This document shows positions 28,428-40,461 of a DNA stretch of 64,000 bases, piece after piece. The stretch comes from a bacterium. GTDB taxonomy: Bacteria; J088. The DNA is taken from NCBI GenBank assembly GCA_041623475.1, contig JBFJWU010000001.1, positions 1,781 to 65,780 on the forward strand, given 5' to 3'. The notes beneath the pieces are model-generated. The model searched no databases and was not told where the DNA came from. It saw nothing but the letters and a program-made list of their open reading frames with translations. The translations under genes and the position numbers were made by a program. How positions within the stretch are numbered: the first letter of the stretch is position 1; the number at the start of each line of letters is the position of its first letter.

Positions 28428-30241
28428 TGGCCGCAGTCAATGGCAGGACATCAAACGGCATGGATACAGACCGGATGAACACCACAGCAGATCAGGTCAT
28501 TCTGGGTTTGAATGCGTTCCACGGCGACGCTGCGGCGGCGCTGGTTGTCGACGGCCGCGTAGCCGCCGCCGTTGCCGAAGAACGGCTGAATCGAGTCAAG
28601 CACAGTGCCGGGTTTCCGGCCAGCGCGATCCGTGAAGTCCTGGCGATCGCGGGACTGGCACCCGATGATATCGACGCGATCGCAGTCGGCAGGAATCCAC
28701 GGGCCCACCTGGCACGTAAGGCAATTCATGTTGCGCGGCGGCGTCCGTCGGTACGCAGGGCCATTGTTCCCCGTCTGCGCAGCCGCAAGGCGCTGCGGGG
28801 AATTCCGGAACTGGTCGCCACCGCGCTGGACATCGAAACGAACCGTGTCGCGTCCATTCCCGTCATCGAGGTCGAACATCACCTTGCCCACGCAGCCAGC
28901 GCATTCCTGGGATCACCGTTTGAGCGGGCCGCCATCGTTACCACGGACGGATTTGGCGATTTCGTCAGCACCGCCTGGGGAACCGGGTCGGGTCATTCTG
29001 TTGCCCTTCACGATCGCGTGTTCTTTCCCCATAGCCTGGGGGTCCTTTACCAGGCGGCGACCCAGTTTATCGGGTTTCCCTATTACGGTGACGAGGGCAA
29101 GCTTATGGGCCTGTCACCACTGGGCGAACCGCGGTTCATGGCGGAATTTGAAAAGATGGTCCGCCTCAAGCCCGGGGGACAGTTCCAACTGGTGACGCGG
29201 TATTTCAGCCACGTCAAAGACGGTGTCAATACTGCCTGGACAGATGAAAAGCCAGAGATCGGTTCCCTGTATACGGATGCCTGGACCGACTTGTTCGGCC
29301 CGCCGCGGCAGCCGAACCAGCCACGGACGCAGAGGGATGCCGACATCGCGATGTCGGTACAAACGATGCTGGAACGGGTCCTCTTCCACATCCTTGACCA
29401 CGTCCATCGCCGGACGGGACTGGATGACCTGTGCCTGGCGGGCGGGGTCGCCTTGAACTGCGTGTTTAATGGCAAAATCCAGGCGCAGTCCCCGTTTGCC
29501 CGGTCATGGGTCTTCCCGGCGGCCGGTGATGACGGACTTGCCATCGGCGCCGCCTGGCACGCCTGGTCCCAGGCAGCTGGCCAGCGTCCCGAGCCTGTCG
29601 CGGTTCCGTTGTGGGGTGCGCATTTTGACCAGGGAACAATTGATCAAGTACTTGCGACAGCATCGGTTCCCGATGACATCGACGTCCAGACGTTTGAATC
29701 TGACGAACTGTTCGGACATGTCGCTGACCTGCTTGATTCCGGGGCAATCGTCGGCTGGTTCAATGGCCGGGTCGAGTTTGGTCCCCGTGCCCTTGGCAGC
29801 CGCAGCATCCTGACCAGCCCTGCCGGGGACGACACCAAAGACCGATTAAACGCCAGGATCAAGCATCGGGAGGCATTTCGTCCGTTTGCACCGGCAATCC
29901 TGCTGTCAGAAATGAGCGAGTGGTTCGAAACAACGCTGGAGAGCCCGGCAATGCTGCATGCGCTGCAGGTTCGGGCCGAAAAGCGCGAGCGAATACCCGC
30001 TGTCACCCATGTCGACGGCAGCGGCCGCGTCCAGACAGTTGACCCCGCGACCCACCCGGACTTTGCCAGGCTGATCCAGGCGTTTTTCGAACGTTCCGGA
30101 ATCCCGATCCTGCTGAATACCAGCTTCAACGAAAATGAGCCGATCGTCTATACACCTCAGCAGGCTCTGGATTGTTTCCTGCGGACCGACATGGATGTCC
30201 TGGTACTTGGTCGAACCGTGCTGCGGCGACAGCGAAGATAA
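28427..30241 (+). CDS. Carbamoyltransferase (NodU/CmcH/TobZ family)
   Basis: ~600 aa. N-terminal ILGLNAFHGDAAAALVVDGRVAAAVAEERLNRVKH (Kae1/ASKHA-like carbamoyltransferase N-domain). C-terminal domain typical of the NodU family. TAATG overlap with asnB. Confidence 0.85.
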   Translation: MAAVNGRTSNGMDTDRMNTTADQVILGLNAFHGDAAAALVVDGRVAAAVAEERLNRVKHSAGFPASAIREVLAIAGLAPDDIDAIAVGRNPRAHLARKAIHVARRRPSVRRAIVPRLRSRKALRGIPELVATALDIETNRVASIPVIEVEHHLAHAASAFLGSPFERAAIVTTDGFGDFVSTAWGTGSGHSVALHDRVFFPHSLGVLYQAATQFIGFPYYGDEGKLMGLSPLGEPRFMAEFEKMVRLKPGGQFQLVTRYFSHVKDGVNTAWTDEKPEIGSLYTDAWTDLFGPPRQPNQPRTQRDADIAMSVQTMLERVLFHILDHVHRRTGLDDLCLAGGVALNCVFNGKIQAQSPFARSWVFPAAGDDGLAIGAAWHAWSQAAGQRPEPVAVPLWGAHFDQGTIDQVLATASVPDDIDVQTFESDELFGHVADLLDSGAIVGWFNGRVEFGPRALGSRSILTSPAGDDTKDRLNARIKHREAFRPFAPAILLSEMSEWFETTLESPAMLHALQVRAEKRERIPAVTHVDGSGRVQTVDPATHPDFARLIQAFFERSGIPILLNTSFNENEPIVYTPQQALDCFLRTDMDVLVLGRTVLRRQRR

Positions 30242-30253
30242 CGGAGCTGATTC

Positions 30254-31483
30254 CTGAAGCTCCGTGTATTCAATCAGCACTATCCACCGGACGCGCTGGC
30301 CACCGGTGTCGTCCTGGAGGCCCTTTGCCGCCAGCTGACGACGCTCGGCTGGGAGATCGAAGTGGTCACGGGAAAACCGTTCCTGCTGCCGGTGGGAACC
30401 GAATGGGCTCCTTCAAAACCAGAGACACGGCACGGCGTACAGGTCCGCCGGATTCCGGCATGGAATCGACGAAACGGGACATTGAACCGGCTCCTGCACT
30501 ACGGGACGTACACGGTTGGCGCCGCGGGTACCTGGTGGGGTGGCAGCCGACCCGATGTCTGCATGGTACTCAGTACGCCGCCGGTGCTGAATGGCCTGGT
30601 CGGTGCACTGGGACTACGACTGCAGGGCGTGCCATTTGTCTACAACGTCCAGGACCTGTTTCCGGATATTCTCGACACCAGCCGATACCAGGGAACCCTG
30701 TTGCAGAAGACAGCTGTACGACTGGCTGACACGGTTGAACAGCGGGCCGCCCGAATTGTTCCGATCGGTCGCCAGATATGCCAGTCACTCCGCGACCGGG
30801 GTGTACCCGAAGAGGTGTTGACGGTCATTCCCAACCCGGTTGATATCGACCAGGTAACCCCCGTTCCGGACAGCGACAACAACTGGCTGCGTGCCAACCG
30901 GCTGTCCGGGTCCTTTCGGGTGCTGTACGCCGGCAACCTGGGACACGCACAGTCAATCGATACAATCCTTGATGCCGCTCAAATCCTGTCCAGCGACACC
31001 CGGTTCCAGTTTATTCTGGTCGGCGAAGGCGCTCGCCAGGCCGAGATCCAATCAGCGGTCAAACAACACAGCAACGTGACCCTGCTGCCATTTGCGCCCA
31101 ACGACCAGACAGCCCAGGTTCTGTCCGCAGGACACGTCGGACTGGTACCGTTACGTGCCGACATGTCCCGATACCTGGTACCCAGCAAGACATTTTCGTA
31201 TCTGGCAGCCGCCACGCCTGTCGTCGCAGCCATCGAACCCGACAGTGAAACCGCCCAACTTCTGGATGAAGCCGGATGTGGGTGGTCGGTACCGCCGGAA
31301 GACCCTGCCAGCCTGGCCGCGTGTCTTCAGCGACTGGCAGCGGCACCCGGTGTTGTTTCGGCAGCAGGGGCCCGCGGTCGGAGGATGATTGCCGAACAAT
31401 ATGCAGCAACCGTCGTCGCCAGCAAGTGGGACCAGGTCCTGCGCCAGGCGGCTGCCACGGCAGCAGGGGCGAGCCAGGCGTGA
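30254..31483 (+). CDS. Glycosyltransferase family 1 (GT4-type), with no canonical in-frame start codon for its N-terminus
   Basis: The frame is open from 30251. It encodes FLKLRVFNQHYPPDALATGVVLEALCRQLTTLGWEIEVVTGKP (a typical GT4 N-terminus) before the first GTG at 30362. The only in-frame candidates are CTG 30254 and GTG 30362, the latter of which would truncate the N-domain. C-terminal motif: EX7E-type ..VPSKTFSYLAAATPVVA. Confidence 0.7.
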   Translation: MKLRVFNQHYPPDALATGVVLEALCRQLTTLGWEIEVVTGKPFLLPVGTEWAPSKPETRHGVQVRRIPAWNRRNGTLNRLLHYGTYTVGAAGTWWGGSRPDVCMVLSTPPVLNGLVGALGLRLQGVPFVYNVQDLFPDILDTSRYQGTLLQKTAVRLADTVEQRAARIVPIGRQICQSLRDRGVPEEVLTVIPNPVDIDQVTPVPDSDNNWLRANRLSGSFRVLYAGNLGHAQSIDTILDAAQILSSDTRFQFILVGEGARQAEIQSAVKQHSNVTLLPFAPNDQTAQVLSAGHVGLVPLRADMSRYLVPSKTFSYLAAATPVVAAIEPDSETAQLLDEAGCGWSVPPEDPASLAACLQRLAAAPGVVSAAGARGRRMIAEQYAATVVASKWDQVLRQAAATAAGASQA

Positions 31484-31598
31484 GCTTCAAAAAGTTCTTT
31501 ATTTTCAATGGCTTCCGGTGTATAATCGGCGATATGTGTAACGATTCCGGCAGCATAGTGCCAGTCGGTCCTGTCCAACGGACAAAGGACACCCTGCG

Positions 31599-32714
31599 AT
31601 GATCCTCTCCAGCCCCTGGGTCGTCCTCGTTGCCGGAGTGGTCGCCGTCCTGGTCGGGTTTTTCGCGACGCCGATGGCGATTCGACTGGCGGTGCGGATC
31701 GGTGCCGTTGATTCACCTGACGCACGCAAACTTGAACAGGAACCGATTCCGCGACTGGGTGGCCTGGCGGTCCTGGCGGCATTTGGTGCAGGACTGGGCG
31801 TGTCACTATTACTGGTTGACACACCGTCAGGTATTCGTGATCCACTGCCGTTCTTCCTGATTGGCAGCGCATTTGTGTTTGCCGTCGGTGCCCTGGACGA
31901 CAGGCAGCGGCTCAGCGCGTTGCCAAAGTTTGCGATCCACGTATTGGCCGCGCTCGTTGCCTGGTGGGGCGGAATTCGCTTCAGCCTGCTGACCGTTCCC
32001 TGGTCCGGCGAACCCCTGGACCTGGGTTTGTTCAGCCTGCCCGCGACAGTTATCTGGATCGTCCTCGTAACCAATGCATGGAACCTGATCGACGGCCTCG
32101 ACGGCCTGGCGGCAATGCTGGGAGCAATCGCGTCATTTATCTTTGCGGTACTGCTGACCGTCCGACACCAGGATGCGGCTTTGTTGCTGGTGGTCCCGTT
32201 GATCGGTGGATTGCTGGGGTTCCTGCCTTACAACCTGGCGCCGGCGCGAATTTACCTGGGTGATTCCGGTAGTTATATGATCGGTTACCAACTGGCTCTG
32301 ATCAGTATGTTTACGGGACAGAAAGGGATCACTGGCTTCGCTGTCTTCGGGCCCCTGGCCATAATCGCCCTGCCGGTCGCGGACACGGTTTTCGCGGTCA
32401 TCCGCCGTTTCTTCCGGACCGATGACGTGACCCTGACCGAGCGAATCAAGGGCGTTTTCCAACCCGATCGGGGCCACATCCATCATCGTGCCCTGACACA
32501 CGGCTGGAGCCCGACTAAAGCAGTTATGGTGCTGACGGCCGGCAGCGGCCTGATCGGAATCCTGGGCTTGGTGACGACGTTTGCCAACTCGTTTCGGCAG
32601 GGCGGCATCCTGCTGATGGTTGCTGCCGTTGTTGTCATAATATTGTATTCAATGACCAATCCGTCGATAACGCCGGATGGCCCTGTTGAGTCCGATACGG
32701 ACGGAGAAAACTAA
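31599..32714 (+). CDS. Undecaprenyl-phosphate sugar-1-phosphate transferase, WecA/MraY (Glycos_transf_4) family
   Basis: 11-TM protein with DDxxD-like ALDDRQ motif, NAWNLIDGLDGLA, and GDSGSY motifs characteristic of WecA/WbpL. Confidence 0.85.
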   Translation: MILSSPWVVLVAGVVAVLVGFFATPMAIRLAVRIGAVDSPDARKLEQEPIPRLGGLAVLAAFGAGLGVSLLLVDTPSGIRDPLPFFLIGSAFVFAVGALDDRQRLSALPKFAIHVLAALVAWWGGIRFSLLTVPWSGEPLDLGLFSLPATVIWIVLVTNAWNLIDGLDGLAAMLGAIASFIFAVLLTVRHQDAALLLVVPLIGGLLGFLPYNLAPARIYLGDSGSYMIGYQLALISMFTGQKGITGFAVFGPLAIIALPVADTVFAVIRRFFRTDDVTLTERIKGVFQPDRGHIHHRALTHGWSPTKAVMVLTAGSGLIGILGLVTTFANSFRQGGILLMVAAVVVIILYSMTNPSITPDGPVESDTDGEN

Positions 32715-33046
32715 TGCCTCGATTCCTGCTGTTGCTGGCCATTGTGATGACCATTGGCGTTGCTGGATGTTCCAACCCCTGTCAGGATTCCTGCGTCCGC
32801 GTCACCCGGTGCGCCAAAGACATGGACATGACACTGACCCAGTGTTCGGCCGTGTGCAGCGCCATGTCGTCAATCCTGGAAAAACGCAAAATGACCGACC
32901 GCCGGGACGCCTTCCTTCAATGCACCCGGAACCTGGATTACAGCAACCCCCGGATGTGTGGGCCGGAGTACGTTCGTTGCCACCGTTTGATCCCGAGCAG
33001 TATCTGGCGGGCCGCAATCTATAACGCCCAGCGCGGGGTTAACTGA
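32714..33046 (+). CDS. Small Cys-rich lipoprotein (10 Cys in 110 aa), hypothetical
   Basis: Signal peptide plus lipobox IGVAGC. TAATG overlap with the WecA-like gene. Confidence 0.5.
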   Translation: MPRFLLLLAIVMTIGVAGCSNPCQDSCVRVTRCAKDMDMTLTQCSAVCSAMSSILEKRKMTDRRDAFLQCTRNLDYSNPRMCGPEYVRCHRLIPSSIWRAAIYNAQRGVN

Positions 33047-33119
33047 ACCACATCGCGCCGGTTTTCGCCCGGCGGCTGTATTCTGGACATCACCGTGGCG
33101 GCTGGATACCATAGATGGT

Positions 33120-33566
33120 ATGAAAACTGTCTGGCTGACCATCGTCGCGATCGCCGCAGCGGCCTGTGGACAGGCTGAAGCGCCCAACGCAAGCCGGGGC
33201 GGATACGTTGCCCTGGACCCACACGAGGCCTGGTTACGCCTGCAGCAGCACCAGCCAGAAGCGGCCAGCCACGCCCTGTGTACGGAAATCAATGTGCCCT
33301 GTGCACCGGAAAGCGCCTACCTTCGGGACCGGATTGATACGTACTGGTATGTTCTTCACGATGTTGCCGGCTGGTGCGAAGACCCGGCCAGTTGCCCCAC
33401 GGATGGATTCCGGTACCTGGAAATAGACAACCTTGGGCGCGTAACCGATCACGGGCACGCAACAATCCTGTATGATTTGTCAGGACGGCCGATCGTGTTG
33501 GAAGGTGCCGTCATCTGGGATATACCCGATCTGGCGGCACCGGACCCGTCGTCACGCCTGGAGTAG
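33120..33566 (+). CDS. Hypothetical lipoprotein
   Basis: Signal peptide plus lipobox AAAACG. Four further Cys residues. Confidence 0.55.
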   Translation: MKTVWLTIVAIAAAACGQAEAPNASRGGYVALDPHEAWLRLQQHQPEAASHALCTEINVPCAPESAYLRDRIDTYWYVLHDVAGWCEDPASCPTDGFRYLEIDNLGRVTDHGHATILYDLSGRPIVLEGAVIWDIPDLAAPDPSSRLE

Positions 33567-33570
33567 GGCC

Positions 33571-35022
33571 ATGACCCAATCGCAGAAATCAAAACCCTGG
33601 GGCGGCCGGTTCCAGGGCAGCAGCAGTGCAGCCGCCGAGCGACTGAACGCATCCATTCCATTTGACTGGCGGCTGGCCCCGTTTGACCTTGTTCAGAACC
33701 GCGTCTATGCGTCCGAGTTAAATCGAATCGGCATCCTCACAGACGCCGAAGTGGCGGCGATCGACAAAGCCATCGACACCGTTACGGATGAAGTTCGAAA
33801 CGGCCAGTTCGAATGGTCGTTGGCGCTGGAAGATGTTCACATGAACCTTGAACACAGGCTGACCGAACTGGCTGGCGACGCAGCCCGGCGGATCCACACC
33901 GGACGAAGTCGCAACGACCAGGTCGCGACCGTGTTTCGGATGTGGCTCCGGTCGGGCATTGACCAGTTGTCGATCAGAATTGCGCACCTCGTCGAATCCC
34001 TTCTGGCAAGAGCAACTGACCTGTCGGACCTGGTCGTACCGGGATATACCCACCTGCAACGGGCGCAACTGGTCACCTTCGGTCACCATCTGCACGCCTA
34101 CGCGGAAATGCTTGTACGGGACCTGGAACGATCCCGGGACCTGCGCAGCAGGCTGAATCGTTGCCCGTTGGGCAGCGGAGCGCTGGCTGGCAGCCCCTAT
34201 CCGCTGGACCGCGAACGACTGGCCAGGGACCTTGGTTTCGAGCAGGTCACCAGGAACAGCATGGACGCAGTGGCCGACCGCGATTTTGCGCTCGAGTTTC
34301 TGTCATGGGCGAATATACTTGGCAGCCACCTGAGCCGACTGTCCGAGGACGTGATTTTGTGGATGTCCGCCGAGTTCGGCTGGATCAGCCTGCCCGACGA
34401 GTTCTGTACCGGATCGTCAATCATGCCGCAAAAGAAAAACCCTGACCTGGCAGAGCTGACTCGGGGAAAAACGGGACGGCTGCTGGGCAACCTGACGGGT
34501 CTGTCCACGGTCCTTAAGGGTCTGCCGCTGACCTACAACAAGGACCTTCAGGAAGACAAGGAACCGGTCTTCGACACCTGGCAGACATTGGACATGCTGT
34601 TACAGGTCTGGCCCGACATGATCGCCGGGATCCAGCCGAATCCGGACAGGATCGCCGCCAGCCTGACCGATGGCCACCTGCTTGCCACCGATATCGCCGA
34701 CTACCTGGTTCTGGAGCGGGGTGTACCGTTTCGCGAGGCCCACCATATTGTCGGCCAGGCCGTCGCCGCAGCCGAACAGGCAGCGCTGGACATCAGCCAG
34801 ATGTCGGATTCCCAGTTGACCGACGTTGACCAGCGAATGCAAGGTGTTGCTGTCCGTCTGAACGCAGCGGACAGCGTCGCGGCCCGGTCGTTGCCGGGCG
34901 GACCAGCGGCATTGGCCGATAATATTGGCAAGTGCCGGGATGTCCTGGCGGCTTTGGACCCTCAAACCCCGGAGATACCTTGGGCATTCGAACTGGAACC
35001 GCCTGCGCCCTGGTGCTGGTAG
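33571..35022 (+). CDS. argH: Argininosuccinate lyase with a ~25-aa C-terminal extension
   Basis: WGGRF..., GRSRNDQV, GSSIMPQKKNPD fumarate-lyase signature, all present. Confidence 0.92.
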   Translation: MTQSQKSKPWGGRFQGSSSAAAERLNASIPFDWRLAPFDLVQNRVYASELNRIGILTDAEVAAIDKAIDTVTDEVRNGQFEWSLALEDVHMNLEHRLTELAGDAARRIHTGRSRNDQVATVFRMWLRSGIDQLSIRIAHLVESLLARATDLSDLVVPGYTHLQRAQLVTFGHHLHAYAEMLVRDLERSRDLRSRLNRCPLGSGALAGSPYPLDRERLARDLGFEQVTRNSMDAVADRDFALEFLSWANILGSHLSRLSEDVILWMSAEFGWISLPDEFCTGSSIMPQKKNPDLAELTRGKTGRLLGNLTGLSTVLKGLPLTYNKDLQEDKEPVFDTWQTLDMLLQVWPDMIAGIQPNPDRIAASLTDGHLLATDIADYLVLERGVPFREAHHIVGQAVAAAEQAALDISQMSDSQLTDVDQRMQGVAVRLNAADSVAARSLPGGPAALADNIGKCRDVLAALDPQTPEIPWAFELEPPAPWCW

Positions 35023-35600
35023 CGGTTGCGTCCTGCGGGCGCCGTGGGGCACCGCTGCCGCCACTGACCGCCGCTCAACCGAGTGTCCGAGTCCAGCACG
35101 TCGCTCGTGCCGGGCCAGATGTGATTGCATTTTCGGCAACACCGGCCAGCTTCATAACGGTCGACTGGATCGCTGCAGAGCAGTTCTTTTGCGGGCCGGA
35201 AACCCCGGAACCGGAACTGAGCCTTGCCCCTGCAACGGGACCAGAACCAGGCTGGCTGTCAGCGAAGGTCCCGGAACAACGGGGATATGCCCGGTTTCGG
35301 CATTCAGAGTCGGCGGTCGGACGCTGGTCGGCGATTCCAGCGCCAGCCGCTGTGACGGCCGAATTTTCGACGGCGACCAGCGACGGTATCATCATCATCT
35401 CGTCAACACCGGTCAGCGCCGTCGCCGAGCACCGCCTGGGGAATCAATGGCGCCTGCTGGGGCCGCCGACAAGTTCGCTGCGAATTGGTCCGTTTGCACC
35501 GGATTCGGTTCAGGATTTACGCCTGTGGCCGGTCCTGGAAACGCCTTTTGGCCGGGTCGCAGCTGACCAGCCGACGTTGATTCAAGTAACAATTCCCTGA
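34932..35600 (+). CDS. Hypothetical lipoprotein overlapping the 3' end of argH. Start uncertain (GTG 34932 or TTG 34980).
   Basis: ...GIRTGTACALVLVAVASCG lipobox. Pro/Ala-rich mature region. Confidence 0.4.
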   Translation: MPGCPGGFGPSNPGDTLGIRTGTACALVLVAVASCGRRGAPLPPLTAAQPSVRVQHVARAGPDVIAFSATPASFITVDWIAAEQFFCGPETPEPELSLAPATGPEPGWLSAKVPEQRGYARFRHSESAVGRWSAIPAPAAVTAEFSTATSDGIIIISSTPVSAVAEHRLGNQWRLLGPPTSSLRIGPFAPDSVQDLRLWPVLETPFGRVAADQPTLIQVTIP

Positions 35601-35758
35601 ACCTCGTCGCAGGTCGCTGGATCCGATCGTCTGGACCACCCGGACGACCTCCGGCAGGTTGGTTTTCCACAGGCCGAAATGTTCATTTTTTCCTTTAATT
35701 TCAATTGTTTCCCGTATGCCGCGGGGGGGGCGTTCTGATAAAATAAAGACCTCGCTGA

Positions 35759-38218
<2,460 letters not shown>

Positions 38219-38344
38219 TTCGCACAGGGCAGAACCCCGGCCCGCCTGCTTGCTGGTCTGATTCCTGCTATCCGTGATGCTTTCGAATTGCGGCAATTAA
38301 AAACCGGCGGGTAGGATAAACGCCTGACTTCGGAGGCAACTGAA

Positions 38345-38722
38345 TTGTCTGACGCACCCAACATTCTGATTGTCGAAGACCACGAAGATACCCGGGACAT
38401 GCTGCGCATTGCGCTGGACACTGAGGGCTTCAGGGTTGTCACCGCGCCCAACGGTGTCAAACTGTTGCCGCTGATCCGTGACGAATCGCCTGACCTGATC
38501 CTGCTGGACATTATGATGCCGTGGGTCGACGGTTTTGAATTGTGCCGGGCGATCAAGGAAAATCAGGACCTGCAACACATTCCGATCTTTTTTATTACCG
38601 CCAAGATTAATCCCGAAGATATCGAAACCGGTTTCCGTGTCGGCGCCAGCGAATACATTCAAAAGCCGATTAACCTGGACAACCTGTTCGAGAAGATCCG
38701 CGAATACCTGCCCGGCGACTGA
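38345..38722 (+). CDS. Single-domain CheY-like response regulator
   Basis: ILIVEDHEDTRDMLR...ILLDIMMPWVDG...IFFITAK. GGAGG SD 8 nt upstream of a TTG start. Confidence 0.85.
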   Translation: MSDAPNILIVEDHEDTRDMLRIALDTEGFRVVTAPNGVKLLPLIRDESPDLILLDIMMPWVDGFELCRAIKENQDLQHIPIFFITAKINPEDIETGFRVGASEYIQKPINLDNLFEKIREYLPGD

Positions 38723-38733
38723 CCAGCAAACCC

Positions 38734-39504
38734 ATGCAATTATCAAACAGCCCGGCTGTATCAACCGGCCGGCCGGTCGTTCGGCAACAGGCGCTGAACG
38801 ACATTCACCCCGATCTTGACGCCTGGCTTGATGATGCCAGCGCCGATGGTTCCGGATCGGTAATTGCAGTCGACGGGCTTTTTGATTACCAGGCAGCGTC
38901 GGACCTTCAGGAGATGCTGGTCGACCGACTGTGTACCCGTGTCGGGCACCCGCCGGTCCTGTTGCTGCTTGAACATCCCCTTGTCGTTACCCTGGGCCGC
39001 AACGCGGCGGACAAAGAGGCCACCGGCGCAACAACACCTGTCATTCGAACCAGACGTGGCGGCAGCGTGACTGTCCACGGCCCCGGGCAATTGATTGGCT
39101 ACCCGATTGTCAGCCTTGCGCAACAGGGTTTGACAGTTACCGGATTCGTCCGGCAGCTCGAACAGGGTCTGCAATCCGTTTGTGAGCGACTGTCCGTACC
39201 ATCCTGGATCCGTGAGGGCTTTACGGGCCTGTGGACCGACGACGGCAAGATCGGCAGTATTGGAATTGCTGTTCGACGCAGTGTGACCTGGCACGGATAC
39301 GCGTTGAATGTCCACGACCAGACTGCCAACTTTGGTGCTGTCAGTCCGTGTGCGCTACCAGGTGTACGTCCGGACAGCATCGATAACCACCAGCCGCGCG
39401 TGGCACTTGACGCTGTCCGCAACCTGGCTGCCGCTGACTTCGTCGACCGGTTCTGCAACGGCCTCGCACGGGCGACAACGATTCCTGCAAGCGAGCTTTG
39501 CTGA
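38734..39504 (+). CDS. lipB: Octanoyltransferase LipB
   Basis: RGGSVTVHGPGQLIGYP motif. Catalytic-Cys region. Followed by lipA with a 7-nt overlap. Confidence 0.9.
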   Translation: MQLSNSPAVSTGRPVVRQQALNDIHPDLDAWLDDASADGSGSVIAVDGLFDYQAASDLQEMLVDRLCTRVGHPPVLLLLEHPLVVTLGRNAADKEATGATTPVIRTRRGGSVTVHGPGQLIGYPIVSLAQQGLTVTGFVRQLEQGLQSVCERLSVPSWIREGFTGLWTDDGKIGSIGIAVRRSVTWHGYALNVHDQTANFGAVSPCALPGVRPDSIDNHQPRVALDAVRNLAAADFVDRFCNGLARATTIPASELC

Positions 39505-40409
39505 TGGCAACGCCGGCACAACGACTGGTCAAGCCGGAATGGATCCGCGTCCGCGTTCCGGGCGGGGATCACTGGCAGGCGACTCGCAAAGTCCTGAAGG
39601 AACACGGAATCGTAACCGTATGCCGCGAAGCCGTTTGCCCCAACCAGGCCGAATGCTGGCAGAACAAGACCGCGACGTTCATGATTGGTGGCGATACCTG
39701 TACCAGGGGTTGCCGCTTCTGTGCGGTTGCGACGGCAAAAAGCCCGGCACCACCGGATCCGACGGAACCGCAGCGCGTTGCCCGGGCTGCACGTGACCTG
39801 GAAACAAAATTTGCGGTCGTAACAAGTGTCGACCGTGATGACCTTGATGACTATGGTGCCGGCCATTGGGCGGCAACCATTCGCGCCTTGCGCAACGAAA
39901 TCCCGGGCGTTCGGATCGAAACTCTCGTACCGGATTTTCGCGGCAACACTGAGTGCCTGCAGACGGTTTTGGACGCCCGGCCCGATGTTCTCAGCCACAA
40001 TCTGGAAACCGTTCCCCGTTTGTACCCAACCATTCGACCGGGGGCGACGACAGAATGGAGCTTGCGAATCCTTCGGTACGCGGCTGACAATGGATTTGTC
40101 GCCAAAACAGGTTTGATGCTTGGACTGGGCGAAACCAACGACGAAGTCCTGGCCTTTCTTGAAGAAGCAGCCGATACTGGCTTGCAGATTGTGACCCTTG
40201 GGCAATACCTGCAGCCCACCCGTCGCCACGCGCCAGTCAAACGTTTTGTGTCGCCGGATGAGTTTCTGCAGATCGGCGAACAGGTCAGGGCCCTCGGCGT
40301 TCCGGTCGTCGAAGCCGGTCCGTTGGTCCGGTCAAGCTACCACGCCCACAAACACGCCGATGCGCTGGGTATCCAGGCGCCGCCGGAATTGCACAACAGC
40401 ATTGGATGA
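39498..40409 (+). CDS. lipA: Lipoyl synthase LipA
   Basis: CPNQAECW and CTRGCRFC radical-SAM cysteine motifs. Confidence 0.95.
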   Translation: MLMATPAQRLVKPEWIRVRVPGGDHWQATRKVLKEHGIVTVCREAVCPNQAECWQNKTATFMIGGDTCTRGCRFCAVATAKSPAPPDPTEPQRVARAARDLETKFAVVTSVDRDDLDDYGAGHWAATIRALRNEIPGVRIETLVPDFRGNTECLQTVLDARPDVLSHNLETVPRLYPTIRPGATTEWSLRILRYAADNGFVAKTGLMLGLGETNDEVLAFLEEAADTGLQIVTLGQYLQPTRRHAPVKRFVSPDEFLQIGEQVRALGVPVVEAGPLVRSSYHAHKHADALGIQAPPELHNSIG

Positions 40410-40461
40410 CTAGAATGATTTCTTCTCGCAAACGTTTACTGCAACCAAAAAGGAGCAGACA

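Noticed and set aside
30172-30729. 185-aa ORF overlapping the carbamoyltransferase end and the GT4 start
   Set aside because: Different frame from two well-supported overlapping genes, Arg/Pro-rich, no motif.
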